This document shows, piece by piece, positions 32,581 through 43,016 of a stretch of 64,000 bases of DNA. The notes beneath the pieces were generated by a model. It was not told where the DNA came from, made no database searches, and saw only the letters and a list, made by a program, of their open reading frames with translations. How positions within the stretch are numbered: position 1 is the stretch's first letter; each line of letters starts with the position of its first letter. The stretch comes from SAR116 cluster bacterium AG-426-A06. GTDB lineage: Bacteria > Pseudomonadota > Alphaproteobacteria > Puniceispirillales > Marisalimonadaceae. The stretch covers positions 13,510 to 77,509 of the forward strand of contig QCNM01000001.1 of assembly GCA_003210115.1 (NCBI GenBank), read 5' to 3'. Both the position numbers and the translations under genes were made by a program.

Positions 32581-33419
32581 TAAGTTAATAAAAATGAATT
32601 AATTTTTTCATTAAACTCCATAGCATTTTCACAATAAGGAGCATGCCCAACACCTTTAACTTCAGTATGAAGAGCGTTTTTTATTGAATTATAAAGAAAT
32701 AATGACTTCTCCTTAGAAACAACAATATCTTCTGAACCAGTTAAAATTAAACAAGGAATTTTAATTTTTGATAACACATCAGTAGTATCTAATGTTTGCA
32801 TAGAGGAACCACCAGAAACAATTGCTTCACTTGATGTTTCTTGACTAATTAAACATAAAAAATCAAAAATTTCTTTATCTTGTAATCCAGGTAACATTTT
32901 AGATATCCTTAATTTTCCATATTCCTCGTCAGAAAGTTCGCGTCTTTCTTGAAGTCTTTTATTGTATGGTTCTCTAAGGGGTTTCTTGTATTTCATGGAG
33001 TACCCTTTATGAGTGCATGAGAGTACCATTTTGATGACTGATGAATTGTTATTTGTACTTAATATTTGAGCTAACATGCCTCCCATTGAATGCCCAATTA
33101 TATAATATTCTTTAATTTTTAAATTTTCTAATGCACGGATTATTAAATCAGATACTTTAAGCATATCTGGATCTTTCATATTATCAGATTCACCAAATCC
33201 AGGAAAATCAAATGAGACCAATGAATAATTATGTTTAAAAAATTTAAACTGATATGCCCAACTTTTGCTATTTCCATTATAACCGTGCAAAAAAACTATA
33301 GTTTTTTTATTTTTATTTTTTAAATATCTATATGATAATTTTAAACCAGAAGCTTCATCATTATAAATTTCATTTTTTGGAAGTTCATCAATAATTGATA
33401 GTGACATATGAACAAACAT
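32580..33419 (-). CDS. Alpha/beta-fold hydrolase
   Basis: 279 aa. HGYNGN oxyanion region and nucleophile elbow GHSMGG. The start is possibly ATG 33407. Confidence 0.8.
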   Translation of the reverse strand: MFVHMSLSIIDELPKNEIYNDEASGLKLSYRYLKNKNKKTIVFLHGYNGNSKSWAYQFKFFKHNYSLVSFDFPGFGESDNMKDPDMLKVSDLIIRALENLKIKEYYIIGHSMGGMLAQILSTNNNSSVIKMVLSCTHKGYSMKYKKPLREPYNKRLQERRELSDEEYGKLRISKMLPGLQDKEIFDFLCLISQETSSEAIVSGGSSMQTLDTTDVLSKIKIPCLILTGSEDIVVSKEKSLFLYNSIKNALHTEVKGVGHAPYCENAMEFNEKINSFLLT

Positions 33420-33518
33420 AACATCAAAAAATAAATTTAAATAGATTAAATTGACTCTTTACTTAATTTCATTCACTGTTTTTGATAGTTATTATTTTAG
33501 TTATTAAAGGAGATAATT

Positions 33519-35108
33519 ATGAGATTAATTAAAACTTTTTTAGTTCTATTTGTAAGTATTTTATTTTCTAATTTATCATTTGCAAAAGATCTTACAGTAG
33601 GATTGAAATCAGAACCAAGTTCTATTGACCCTCATTATCACAATTTAGGTCCTAATAATGCATTTGCAACTCATATTTTTGGAACTCTTGTAGGAAGTGA
33701 TGAGAATCAGCAACATTATCCTGACCTAGCTACATCTTGGAAACCCATCGATGATACAACATGGGAGTTTAAACTGAGAAAAGGTGTGAAATGGCATGAT
33801 GGCAGTGATTTTACAGCAGATGATGTAATGTTTACTGCTCAAAGAGCTCCAAACGTTCCTAAATCACCATCTGGTTTTGGAACATATTTGAAAGGTAAAA
33901 CTTTTATTAAAATAGATAGTCATACAATTCATATTAAAACAAAAAAACCGTATCCATTAATGCCTAATGACATTATGACGGTAAAAATTATTTCAAAAAA
34001 GTATGGAGAAGGTGCCACTACAGCTGATTATAATAGTGGAAAAGCTGCAATTGGAACTGGTCCTTATAAATTTGTAAAATGGGTTCCAGGTGATAGAATT
34101 GAATTAAAGGCTAATGAAAATTATCACGGTGCTGGAACAGGTAAACCAAAATATAAAAATGTACTGTTTAAGCCGATTAAATCTGGTCCTGCGCGAATTG
34201 CTGCGCTCCTTGCAAAAGATGTTGATTTTATTGATAATGTTCCACCTTTAAATGTTGCAAAACTTAAAACAAATCCAACTTTATCAATCAATAGTGGAGC
34301 ATCTAATCGCGTAATCTATTTGCATATGGATCAATTTAGAGAAAACTCTCCCCATATAAAAGCTATTGGAGGTGGAAAAATCAAAAATCCTTTAATGGAT
34401 GTTAGAGTAAGAAAAGCTATATCTTTGGCAATAAATCGTGACGCAATGGTATCTAAAGTGATGGAAAATATCGCTGTGAAAGCTGGTCAACTTCTTCCAA
34501 AAGGCTTCCATGGTGTGTCTCCAAATATGAAACCAGACCCATATGATCCTGAAACAGCAAAAAAACTAATGGCTGAGGCTGGATATGGAAAAGGATTTGA
34601 AATGACAATTCATGGTCCAAATGATAGATACATAAATGATGCTAAAATTGCTGAAGCTTTAGCACAGATGTTTTCAAGAATTGGAATTAAAGCTAAAGTT
34701 GAAACTATGCCAAAGGCTGTTTATTTCAAAAGAGCTTCTAGAGGTGGTCCAAACAAGAGTCCTGAATTTAGTTTCATGGTTCTTGGATGGGGAGCTGGTT
34801 CTGGAGAAGCATCTTCACCTTTAAGAGCTTTGTTACATACATACGACAAATCTATAGGAATGGGTAGAGCTAATAGAGGCAGACACTCTGACCCATCTGT
34901 AGACAAAATTATACAAGAAGCTTTAGCAACAGTTGATTCTGATGCTCGAGGAAAGCTTCTTGCTAAGGCTACTGAGATAGCAGTAGGCAAAAATTATGGT
35001 GTGATTCCAGTTCATTATCAAATGAATACATGGGCAGCAAAATCTACATGCTCTTATACACCTAGAACTGATGAAAGAACTATTGCAACTTACCTAAATT
35101 GTAAATAG
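33519..35108 (+). CDS. ABC transporter substrate-binding protein, family 5 (peptide/nickel/opine type)
   Basis: 529 aa, signal peptide, WKFKLRKGVKWHDGSDFTADDV block. Confidence 0.85.
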   Translation: MRLIKTFLVLFVSILFSNLSFAKDLTVGLKSEPSSIDPHYHNLGPNNAFATHIFGTLVGSDENQQHYPDLATSWKPIDDTTWEFKLRKGVKWHDGSDFTADDVMFTAQRAPNVPKSPSGFGTYLKGKTFIKIDSHTIHIKTKKPYPLMPNDIMTVKIISKKYGEGATTADYNSGKAAIGTGPYKFVKWVPGDRIELKANENYHGAGTGKPKYKNVLFKPIKSGPARIAALLAKDVDFIDNVPPLNVAKLKTNPTLSINSGASNRVIYLHMDQFRENSPHIKAIGGGKIKNPLMDVRVRKAISLAINRDAMVSKVMENIAVKAGQLLPKGFHGVSPNMKPDPYDPETAKKLMAEAGYGKGFEMTIHGPNDRYINDAKIAEALAQMFSRIGIKAKVETMPKAVYFKRASRGGPNKSPEFSFMVLGWGAGSGEASSPLRALLHTYDKSIGMGRANRGRHSDPSVDKIIQEALATVDSDARGKLLAKATEIAVGKNYGVIPVHYQMNTWAAKSTCSYTPRTDERTIATYLNCK

Positions 35109-35125
35109 TTTGATTTTAAATAACA

Positions 35126-35155
35126 TTAAACCCAGAATTTTTTTTCTGGGTTTAA
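35126..35155 (+). terminator. Perfect 12-bp hairpin between the substrate-binding protein (SBP) and permease genes (attenuator / partial terminator)
   Basis: TTAAACCCAGAA (35126-35137) pairs with TTCTGGGTTTAA (35144-35155). The loop is TTTTTT. Confidence 0.6.
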
Positions 35156-35177
35156 TGAATAATTAAAATATTTTTAT

Positions 35178-36155
35178 ATGTTAGAATATATCTTAAAAAG
35201 ATTTGGACAGAGTTTCTTAGTACTCTTTATAATGTCCATATTAGTTTTTGTTGGCGTTAATTTAGTTGGCGACCCTGTTGAAATGTTAATAAATCCTGAG
35301 GCAGATCAAGCTGAAGTTGAACGCGTAATTAGAGAACTTGGTTTAGATAAGCCAGTAAGTGAACAATATTGGTATTTTCTTACAAATGCACTTGAAGGGG
35401 ATTTAGGAAGTTCTTTTATTTATAATGAACCAGCACTAAAATTAATATTACAGAGAATGCCAGCCACACTTGAACTTGCTTTGTTTTCTCTTTTTATCTC
35501 CTTAATTATTGCTATTCCTCTTGGTATTTACGCTGGCTACAAACCTAATAGTAAAGCTAGTAAAACTATTATGGCTGGATCAATTCTAGGGTTTTCAATG
35601 CCTACATTTTGGGTAGGAATTATTTTCATAATGTTTTTTGCTGTATATTTAGGGTGGTTACCTTCTACAGGAAGAGGAGAAATTGGATCTTTTTTAGGTA
35701 TAGAAAGTTCTCTATTCACGCTGAATGGCCTATCTCATGTTTTTCTTCCTGCTTTAAATTTAGCATTATTTAAGATTTCATCGGTTATCAGACTTACTAG
35801 AGCTGGAACAAGGGAAATAATCTTACAAGATTATATAACTTTTGCTAGAGCAAAAGGTTTATCTGAAAAGCGAATAGTTTTAGTCCATATTTTAAAAAAT
35901 ATTTTAATACCTATAGTTACAGTTATAGGTCTTGAATTTGGCTCTTTAATAGCTTTTTCAACAGTTACTGAAACTGTATTTGCGTGGCCAGGAATGGGTA
36001 AATTAATTATCGATTCTATATATAATTTAGATAGACCAGTAATTGTTGCTTATTTAATGATAATAGTTACATTTTTTGTGTTTTTGAACCTTGCCGTTGA
36101 TATTCTATACACTTTTCTTGACCCTAGAGTTAGATTAAAAGGAATGAATCAATGA
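35178..36155 (+). CDS. ABC transporter permease (DppB/OppB type)
   Basis: 325 aa. N-terminal MLEYILKRF..., BPD-transport (EAA-loop) domain. Confidence 0.9.
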   Translation: MLEYILKRFGQSFLVLFIMSILVFVGVNLVGDPVEMLINPEADQAEVERVIRELGLDKPVSEQYWYFLTNALEGDLGSSFIYNEPALKLILQRMPATLELALFSLFISLIIAIPLGIYAGYKPNSKASKTIMAGSILGFSMPTFWVGIIFIMFFAVYLGWLPSTGRGEIGSFLGIESSLFTLNGLSHVFLPALNLALFKISSVIRLTRAGTREIILQDYITFARAKGLSEKRIVLVHILKNILIPIVTVIGLEFGSLIAFSTVTETVFAWPGMGKLIIDSIYNLDRPVIVAYLMIIVTFFVFLNLAVDILYTFLDPRVRLKGMNQ

Positions 36156-37030
36156 GCAGTAGAGACCAAAACTTTAAAAATTTTTGGAGAGATTTTTCTG
36201 TTAACAAAATTGCCGTATTTGCCCTTTTTATTTTTCTTTCTATATTATTCGTAGCTATTTTTGCACCACTGGTGTCCCCAACAGATCCATATGATTTGAA
36301 TAGTGTAAGTATAATGAATAGTAGAATGCCACCAATGTCTGAAGATTTTGCTGGTAATTTATATGTCCTTGGAACAGATGGAGCTGGTAGAGACATGCTT
36401 TCAGCAATATTTTATGGTTTACGAGTCAGTTTAGGAGTTGGAGTTCTGTCAGGAGTTTTTGCATTAATTATAGGCTCAATATTTGGAATTTCTGCAGCTT
36501 TTTTTAGAGGAAAATATGAAACCATAATAATGAGAATTGTTGATATTCAACTTAGCTTCCCATCAATATTAGTTGCTTTGATAATATTGGCAGCATTTGG
36601 AAAAGGAGTTGAAAAGACAATAATCGCTTTAATATTAGTTCAATGGGCATATTATGCGAGAACTGCAAGAGCATCAGCACTTGTAGAAATTAACAAAGAA
36701 TATATCGACTCTGCAAGATGTTTGGCCTTTAGCAATACTAGAATAATGTTTAAACACATTTTACCAAATTGTCTTGCTCCATTAATTGTAGTTGGCACAT
36801 TACAAACAGCGCATGCAATTTCACTAGAAGCGACATTAAGTTTTTTAGGTTTAGGATTACCAATAACAGAGCCCTCTTTAGGATTACTTATTGGTAATGG
36901 CTTCGAATATATGTATAGCGGTGATTTTTGGATTAGTATATTTCCAGGTATTGCTCTTTTAATAACCGTAGCATCTATAAACTTAGTTGGAGATCATTTA
37001 AGGGACATGTTTAACCCTAGACTTCAATAA
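36152..37030 (+). CDS. ABC transporter permease (DppC/OppC type)
   Basis: 292 aa, overlaps the preceding gene by 4 nt. C-terminal GDHLRDMFNPRL. Confidence 0.9.
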   Translation: MSSRDQNFKNFWRDFSVNKIAVFALFIFLSILFVAIFAPLVSPTDPYDLNSVSIMNSRMPPMSEDFAGNLYVLGTDGAGRDMLSAIFYGLRVSLGVGVLSGVFALIIGSIFGISAAFFRGKYETIIMRIVDIQLSFPSILVALIILAAFGKGVEKTIIALILVQWAYYARTARASALVEINKEYIDSARCLAFSNTRIMFKHILPNCLAPLIVVGTLQTAHAISLEATLSFLGLGLPITEPSLGLLIGNGFEYMYSGDFWISIFPGIALLITVASINLVGDHLRDMFNPRLQ

Positions 37031-37047
37031 TTAATATACATAAAAAT

Positions 37048-38028
37048 CTAATTTATATTGTAAGCAAGTCTAACTGCCGTTTTACCAGGGAATAATCTTT
37101 TCGTAGGCATTATCAATATAGTTTCTTCAAAAGGAGCATATATAATTTCATCTCCATCCTTTCCGATAACTGAACCTTTGGTAAGTTTATCGAAGCCTAG
37201 CCAATTTTTTTCAAACTTAAAATTGTTTGTTTTAATAGTCACAATTTCACCAACTTTAAATACTTCAATTTGATTTGATGAAACAATTTCATTTGATATG
37301 ATATCTTCTCCAAAATTATTATCCATAACTCCAGTATGTCTAAGAAACTTTATCAATGTCTTAATAGCCACATCTTCAGATGATTTCTCCCAGTGTTGTC
37401 CACATTCAACTAAGAGAGCATTTTTTTGGCTTTCTGGATTTGAGAAATCACCATAATCTCTCATCCTCATACCCTCTTTATGCCCTGAATCCGTAATAAT
37501 TTTAATTTCATAATTTAAATTTTTAGCTAATGTTATACCTTTATCCAACATACCAGCCATCATTAGAGGCACACATGGTTTTTGCATTGAATGAATATCC
37601 AAAAGAAAATCAGCATCAGAAATTATGTGTTTTACTTCATTAGCTCTAAAAAATTCGTAGGTTTTACTTCCATTTTTTTCTTCTAGAACTCCAGGAGCCC
37701 AAAGTCTGTTAAAATCTTCATCTACCCATCTAGTTCTATTAGGATTTTCTGTATCAAAAGCTAAATATGCTTCTATATTCATAAATCCAAATGTGAGTTT
37801 ACCTACTTTAGGTCTAAAATTATTTTTTAAATACCAATCTAAAGCAATTGCCCCACAAGGCTCGTTACCATGAACAACAGCAGTTACTAAAACATGAGGT
37901 CCTGGAAACCCACTATCTAAAGTTAAAATATAATCTACACCTGTGTTAGTTTTTTTATATCCAGATATGTCAGGAGGTAAAATTTCTACTGGGTACTCAT
38001 TTGCATAATTTAATCTAGGGTCGTTCAT
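37048..38028 (-). CDS. Succinylglutamate desuccinylase / aspartoacylase (AstE/AspA) family zinc deacylase
   Basis: 326 aa. VHGNEPCG zinc-binding motif and a later DIHSM. Confidence 0.7.
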   Translation of the reverse strand: MNDPRLNYANEYPVEILPPDISGYKKTNTGVDYILTLDSGFPGPHVLVTAVVHGNEPCGAIALDWYLKNNFRPKVGKLTFGFMNIEAYLAFDTENPNRTRWVDEDFNRLWAPGVLEEKNGSKTYEFFRANEVKHIISDADFLLDIHSMQKPCVPLMMAGMLDKGITLAKNLNYEIKIITDSGHKEGMRMRDYGDFSNPESQKNALLVECGQHWEKSSEDVAIKTLIKFLRHTGVMDNNFGEDIISNEIVSSNQIEVFKVGEIVTIKTNNFKFEKNWLGFDKLTKGSVIGKDGDEIIYAPFEETILIMPTKRLFPGKTAVRLAYNIN

Positions 38029-38900
38029 CTTAATTCCTCTTCTATAAACAGTTTTATCTCTCTAGTCATCAACGACAAATGTTCTTTTAAAACAATAAAA
38101 CCATCTGTTTTGATTCTAGTTTTTTCATCCATATATAATCCTCGATTAACTTCAATTTGTAATGAATGTTTATTTTGAGTTGGATTACTATAAGCAGAAA
38201 CTAACTCCATACCTTTATAAGGATCATTTTTAACTACATCATAATTTAAATCTTTAAGAATATTAAAAATAAGATTTGTAAACTTTTTACTACAAGAAGT
38301 ACCATCTCTATCACCTATAACAAAGTCTGGCCTAAGTGTCCCCTTTTTTTGAGTAGACATAGCACTAGCATTATTTTGCATAGAATGACAGTTTATATGA
38401 AAGAAACATTTATATTTATCATATGTATTTTTCAAAATTAATTTAAGTTTTTTATGATATGGTCTGTGATAATTTAAGATCCGATTCGCAAATTGATCAT
38501 ATGTTAATTTTTTTGCATACATATCTTCACCATCAGGTGGTACTTTAAGCCAAATCAAACCAATTCCTAATTTTGTTTTGATTGTTGGTTGGAAATCTAT
38601 ATTTAAAATATCTCTTCTAAAATCAGAAATCTCACTTAAAGAAAAATCCGTTTCCGCTCTATTTGGATCTATATAAGATCTAGGAAAATTTGCTTTTAAT
38701 AAAATAGCACCAATATCTGGGGCTTCGTTGTAGAGCTCATCTACATAACTATCTTCTGCCTGTCTTAATTTTTCAAATGTTGTATTGTGCTTAAAATCAT
38801 TAGGATAAATATTTCCACTATGTGGTGAATCAAAAATTAGAGGAATTGTTTGGTTTTCTTCCCCAAGAATTGTTAATATATTATCAAACGCTGAAACCAT
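38025..38900 (-). CDS. N-formylglutamate amidohydrolase family protein
   Basis: FDSPHSG, YIDPNR and NCHSM blocks. The track start at 38936 overlaps the divergent gene; the internal ATG at 38900 (MVSAFDNIL) is preferred. Confidence 0.7.
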   Translation of the reverse strand: MVSAFDNILTILGEENQTIPLIFDSPHSGNIYPNDFKHNTTFEKLRQAEDSYVDELYNEAPDIGAILLKANFPRSYIDPNRAETDFSLSEISDFRRDILNIDFQPTIKTKLGIGLIWLKVPPDGEDMYAKKLTYDQFANRILNYHRPYHKKLKLILKNTYDKYKCFFHINCHSMQNNASAMSTQKKGTLRPDFVIGDRDGTSCSKKFTNLIFNILKDLNYDVVKNDPYKGMELVSAYSNPTQNKHSLQIEVNRGLYMDEKTRIKTDGFIVLKEHLSLMTREIKLFIEEELR

Positions 38901-38916
38901 TATTGAGTAAATTATA

Positions 38917-40080
38917 ATGAAATTTAATAAAAACATACAAGATTTAATTCCAACAATGAAAAAGTGGAGACAAACAATTCATTCTTTTCCAGAAATTGCT
39001 TATGAAGAGTATAAAACTGCGGAATTCATTGAAAAAAAACTTAAGGAATTTGGAATTAAAGTTGTTAAAAATATTGGTAAAACAGGATTAGTTGGTATTT
39101 TAGAAGGCAAAAAAAATTCAAGTAAATCAATAGGTTTAAGAGCTGATATGGATGCATTGCCCATGGATGAAAAAACAAATTTAAGTTATTCATCAAAAAA
39201 TTTAGGTAAAATGCATGCTTGCGGTCATGACGGCCATGTGACAATGCTTTTAGGCGCTGCTAAAATATTATCTGAAGATAAAAACTTTAGCGGAAAAGTA
39301 TATTTCATTTTTCAACCAGCTGAAGAAGGCGGAAGAGCTGGAGCCAAATCTATGATTAATGATGGATTATTTAAAAAGTTTAAAATTGATAACGTTTGGG
39401 GAATACATAATTGGCCAGGAGTTGAACTTGGGAAAGCTGTAATACATAAACAGTTTGCTATGGCTGGTGGTGATATATTTGAAATCAATATATTAGGAAA
39501 AGGCGGTCATGCTGCTCAACCAAATGTTTCAAACGATCCAATAATAGTTCTAGGATTTATAATTGTTTCTCTTCAAACTATTGTTTCAAGACAATTAGAT
39601 CCATTTTCAAATGCTGTTCTATCAATTACAAAAATTAACAGCGGTTCAGCCTTTAATGTTATACCTGAAAGTGCATATCTAGGAGGAACATTAAGATCTA
39701 CTAATGAGCACGATAGAAATAATCTTTTAAACAAAATTAAAATTTTAGTTGAACAAACTGCAATTTCACATAATTGTAAAGTTGATTTTAGAATTATTCC
39801 AGGTTATCCACCAACTGTAAATGATGAAAAAAGTGCAACTTTTGCCCATGAAATTTATAAAAAGCATTTTGGAACAGATATGATAGATGAAAATTGTACA
39901 CCTACAATGGGTTCTGAAGATTTTTCTTATATGTTAAAAGAAAAACCAGGAGCTTATATATGGTTAGGCGCAGGAACTAATTCTGAAAAGTTACATTCTC
40001 CTTATTTTGATTTTAATGACAAACTTTTGCCTTTTGGTGTTAAATATTGGGAGTGTTTAGTTAAGGAAATTTTAAAATAA
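38917..40080 (+). CDS. M20D-family amidohydrolase (hippurate hydrolase / N-acyl-amino-acid amidohydrolase-like)
   Basis: 387 aa. HSFPEIAYEE, ALRADMDALP, HACGHDGH and FQPAEE. Confidence 0.85.
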   Translation: MKFNKNIQDLIPTMKKWRQTIHSFPEIAYEEYKTAEFIEKKLKEFGIKVVKNIGKTGLVGILEGKKNSSKSIGLRADMDALPMDEKTNLSYSSKNLGKMHACGHDGHVTMLLGAAKILSEDKNFSGKVYFIFQPAEEGGRAGAKSMINDGLFKKFKIDNVWGIHNWPGVELGKAVIHKQFAMAGGDIFEINILGKGGHAAQPNVSNDPIIVLGFIIVSLQTIVSRQLDPFSNAVLSITKINSGSAFNVIPESAYLGGTLRSTNEHDRNNLLNKIKILVEQTAISHNCKVDFRIIPGYPPTVNDEKSATFAHEIYKKHFGTDMIDENCTPTMGSEDFSYMLKEKPGAYIWLGAGTNSEKLHSPYFDFNDKLLPFGVKYWECLVKEILK

Positions 40081-40121
40081 TAAATAATAAATTCAAAAAA
40101 CTAAACGTTAAATATCCCTGT

Positions 40122-40727
40122 GTGATATTGGCAGGAGGAAAGTCTTCAAGAATGAACAATGTCAATAAAGCATTTGTTTTAATAGATAATCATACCGTAA
40201 TTTCAAGAATAATTAAGAAGATTTCAAATAATAATTTACCGATAGCGATTAATGCTAACGAACATTTAGATAAATTTTCTAAATTTGGATTAGAAATAAT
40301 TAAAGATAAATTTGTTGGTCATCTAGGTCCATTGTCAGGAATATATTCTGCACTAAATTGGGCAAATCGTTTAAAGTATAAATGGGTTTTTACTTTTCCT
40401 TGTGATGTACCCTTTTTCCCAAATGATATATTTTTAAAAGCCGATAATCTCCTAGATGATAAAACTAAAAATTTTGATTTAATATCTGTAACATCCAATC
40501 TAAAAAAACATCATATAATATCTCTGTGGAATATAAAATTGATAGAAGATTTACGTATAAAAATAACTAACGGATTGAGAAAAGTGGATCAATTTACATC
40601 TAATTTAAAAATTGAGTATATCCATTATAATTTTAAAAAAAATGAAGTTGATCCTTTTTTTAATATAAATTCAGAAAATGAAATTAGAGAATTGGATAGT
40701 TATAAAATAAATTCCATTAATAAATAA
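40122..40727 (+). CDS. mobA: Molybdenum cofactor guanylyltransferase
   Basis: 201 aa. ILAGGKSSRM N-terminal motif and PCDVPFFP. GTG start; the frame stays open upstream without an ATG. Confidence 0.7.
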   Translation: MILAGGKSSRMNNVNKAFVLIDNHTVISRIIKKISNNNLPIAINANEHLDKFSKFGLEIIKDKFVGHLGPLSGIYSALNWANRLKYKWVFTFPCDVPFFPNDIFLKADNLLDDKTKNFDLISVTSNLKKHHIISLWNIKLIEDLRIKITNGLRKVDQFTSNLKIEYIHYNFKKNEVDPFFNINSENEIRELDSYKINSINK

Positions 40728-40790
40728 TAATTTAAAAATTTTTATATTTAAATCTATATTTTTTTATTATAATTTTTTAATTGGTAAAAA

Positions 40791-42191
40791 ATGGAAGATT
40801 TGTGGTCATTAAAAGCGAGTGAAATATCAAAACTTTATCTTTCTAATGAAATATCTTTAGATGAAATTATCTATTCTGTGGAAGAACGGTTTAATCAAGT
40901 AAACCCAAAAATTAATGCAATTCCTGTATCAACTTTCGAGTATGCAAGAAAACAAGCTAAACTTTTAGATAATAATAAAAAAAATAATAAACCATTAGGT
41001 TGTTTAGCTGGTGTCCCTGTAACGATCAAAATCAATACTGATCAATCTGGATATGTATCAACAAATGGTTTGCGATTAAACAAGTCTTTAATCGCACATA
41101 AAAATAGTACCGTAGTAGATAACTTAGAAAGGGCAGGTGCTCTAATTGTTGGTAGAACTAATACCCCTGCATTTAGCATAAGATGGTTTACTAATAACTC
41201 ACTTCATGGCCATACTTTTAACCCACATAATAATAAAATAACACCAGGAGGGTCTTCAGGAGGTGCCGCCTCAGCCACCGCCAGTGGTATAGGTTGTATA
41301 GGACATGGTACAGATATCGCAGGCTCAATAAGATATCCTGCTTATGCTTGTGGAATTCATGGAATTAGACCAAGTCTTGGAAGAGTTCCTATGATAAATT
41401 ATTCCTCACCAGATAGATATATTGGTGGACAAATAATGGCTGTATCAGGTCCTCTTGCAAGATCAATTAAAGATTTACAGTTAGGCTATGATGCTATGAG
41501 ACAATCAAACTATGATGATCCGTGGTGGACACCCTTATCAAATGATTTGCCGCCATTGAATAAGAAAATTGCATTGCTTAGCGAAATTAAAGGTATGAAA
41601 ATTTCTGAAGAAGTTAAATTAAATTTATTAAATGTAGCGAAAAAATTGGAAAATGAAGGTTGGATTGTTGATGAAGTAGAAGCGCCAAACTTTGAAGAGA
41701 TTGGTCATTATCAAGCTGTATTATGGCTCGCTGAATTTAGACGATCTTCTGGCAAAGCTATTTTTGATGAAAAAGATGAAGAGGCTATATTTGTCTTTAA
41801 TCAAATGTCAAAAAAATGTCCTGACACTTCTATAGAAAAATTCATGGACTCACTACAACAAAGAGCTACCTTAGGACGAAAATGGACAAACTTTTTTAAT
41901 AAATACCCCTTAATATTATGTCCAATTTCTGGAGATCTTCCGTTTGAAGATCTTAAAGATACAAAGTCTGAAAAAGATTTTGATGATGTTTTTGCATCAA
42001 TGCTACCTCAGATTGCGCCTCCTTACCTAGGATTACCGGGATTATGTTTTTCAAATCATATCAATGAAAACAAAATACCTATTGGTGTACAATTTATTAG
42101 TAGAAAATTTAGAGAAGATCAGTTATTCAAAGTAGCATATGATTTAGAGAAACTTTTTCCAGAAATTAAACCCATTACTCCAGATTATTAG
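40791..42191 (+). CDS. Amidase (amidase-signature family)
   Basis: 466 aa. GGSSGGAASA and GTDIAGSIR signature. Confidence 0.85.
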   Translation: MEDLWSLKASEISKLYLSNEISLDEIIYSVEERFNQVNPKINAIPVSTFEYARKQAKLLDNNKKNNKPLGCLAGVPVTIKINTDQSGYVSTNGLRLNKSLIAHKNSTVVDNLERAGALIVGRTNTPAFSIRWFTNNSLHGHTFNPHNNKITPGGSSGGAASATASGIGCIGHGTDIAGSIRYPAYACGIHGIRPSLGRVPMINYSSPDRYIGGQIMAVSGPLARSIKDLQLGYDAMRQSNYDDPWWTPLSNDLPPLNKKIALLSEIKGMKISEEVKLNLLNVAKKLENEGWIVDEVEAPNFEEIGHYQAVLWLAEFRRSSGKAIFDEKDEEAIFVFNQMSKKCPDTSIEKFMDSLQQRATLGRKWTNFFNKYPLILCPISGDLPFEDLKDTKSEKDFDDVFASMLPQIAPPYLGLPGLCFSNHINENKIPIGVQFISRKFREDQLFKVAYDLEKLFPEIKPITPDY

Positions 42192-42206
42192 GTTGATGAT
42201 TAAAAG

Positions 42207-43016
42207 ATGTTAAAAAAATCAGTCAAAATCACATACGCTGAACCATGGTTGCCTTTTCATCATAGATTATTTATTGAAGTTGTTGAAACATGCTCTGCAA
42301 GGTTCGCATTAAAAAAAAGATACGATAATTACACAAAAAATGTTCAAAACAAAATTGGTAATGATTGTTGGGATTTAGCCCTAAATAGTTTAGGGGTCCA
42401 ATTTCCAAATTTAAACTTGCCAAAAAAGAATAAAAAAAAAGGATTAATGATTGCAGCTAACCACCCTTATGGTGTGACTGATGGGGTGATACTTTCGTGG
42501 TTAGCTTCGAGATATGATTCTAATTTTAGGGTCATTGCACATGGTATATTGCAAAAAGAACCGTCTTTAGCTCCAAATATATTACCAATTGATTTTAGTA
42601 ATAATAAAAATGCAATGAGAAATAATGTTAATATAAGAAAAGAAGCAATAAATATTTTGAAAAATAATGGTGTAATTGCGATATTCCCAGCTGGCGCAGT
42701 AGCTTGGTCTAGGAAAAAAGGAGAACCAGTTAAAGAAGAATATTGGAAACCCATGGTAGGAAAACTGTTAAACTCTTCTTCAGCAGATCTTTTATTAATT
42801 AAATTTAAAGGAAGCAACTCAAACATTTTCCAGACAGCTTCTAGAATTAATCAAACAATGAAGCAAAGTTTATATCTTTACGAAATTAAAAGAAGCTTAG
42901 ACAAGTATATTAGTCTGGACATATGTGACTTCATCCAGAATAAAAATTTGCCAAATTTAAATGATAAAGAGCTAGCTTTATATCTTCAAAATAAAACTGA
43001 AAACTTTATTTTTTAA
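42207..43016 (+). CDS. Lysophospholipid acyltransferase (PlsC-like) family protein
   Basis: 269 aa. NHPYGVTDG (HX4D) and IFPAGAV acyltransferase motifs. Confidence 0.6.
   Translation: MLKKSVKITYAEPWLPFHHRLFIEVVETCSARFALKKRYDNYTKNVQNKIGNDCWDLALNSLGVQFPNLNLPKKNKKKGLMIAANHPYGVTDGVILSWLASRYDSNFRVIAHGILQKEPSLAPNILPIDFSNNKNAMRNNVNIRKEAINILKNNGVIAIFPAGAVAWSRKKGEPVKEEYWKPMVGKLLNSSSADLLLIKFKGSNSNIFQTASRINQTMKQSLYLYEIKRSLDKYISLDICDFIQNKNLPNLNDKELALYLQNKTENFIF

Noticed and set aside
34721-36396. Minus-strand ORFs 34721..34990, 35537..35719 and 36130..36396
   Set aside because: They are antisense within the ABC binding-protein and permease genes.
42467-42826. 119-aa minus-strand ORF
   Set aside because: It is antisense within the acyltransferase gene, which carries HX4D and FPxG motifs.
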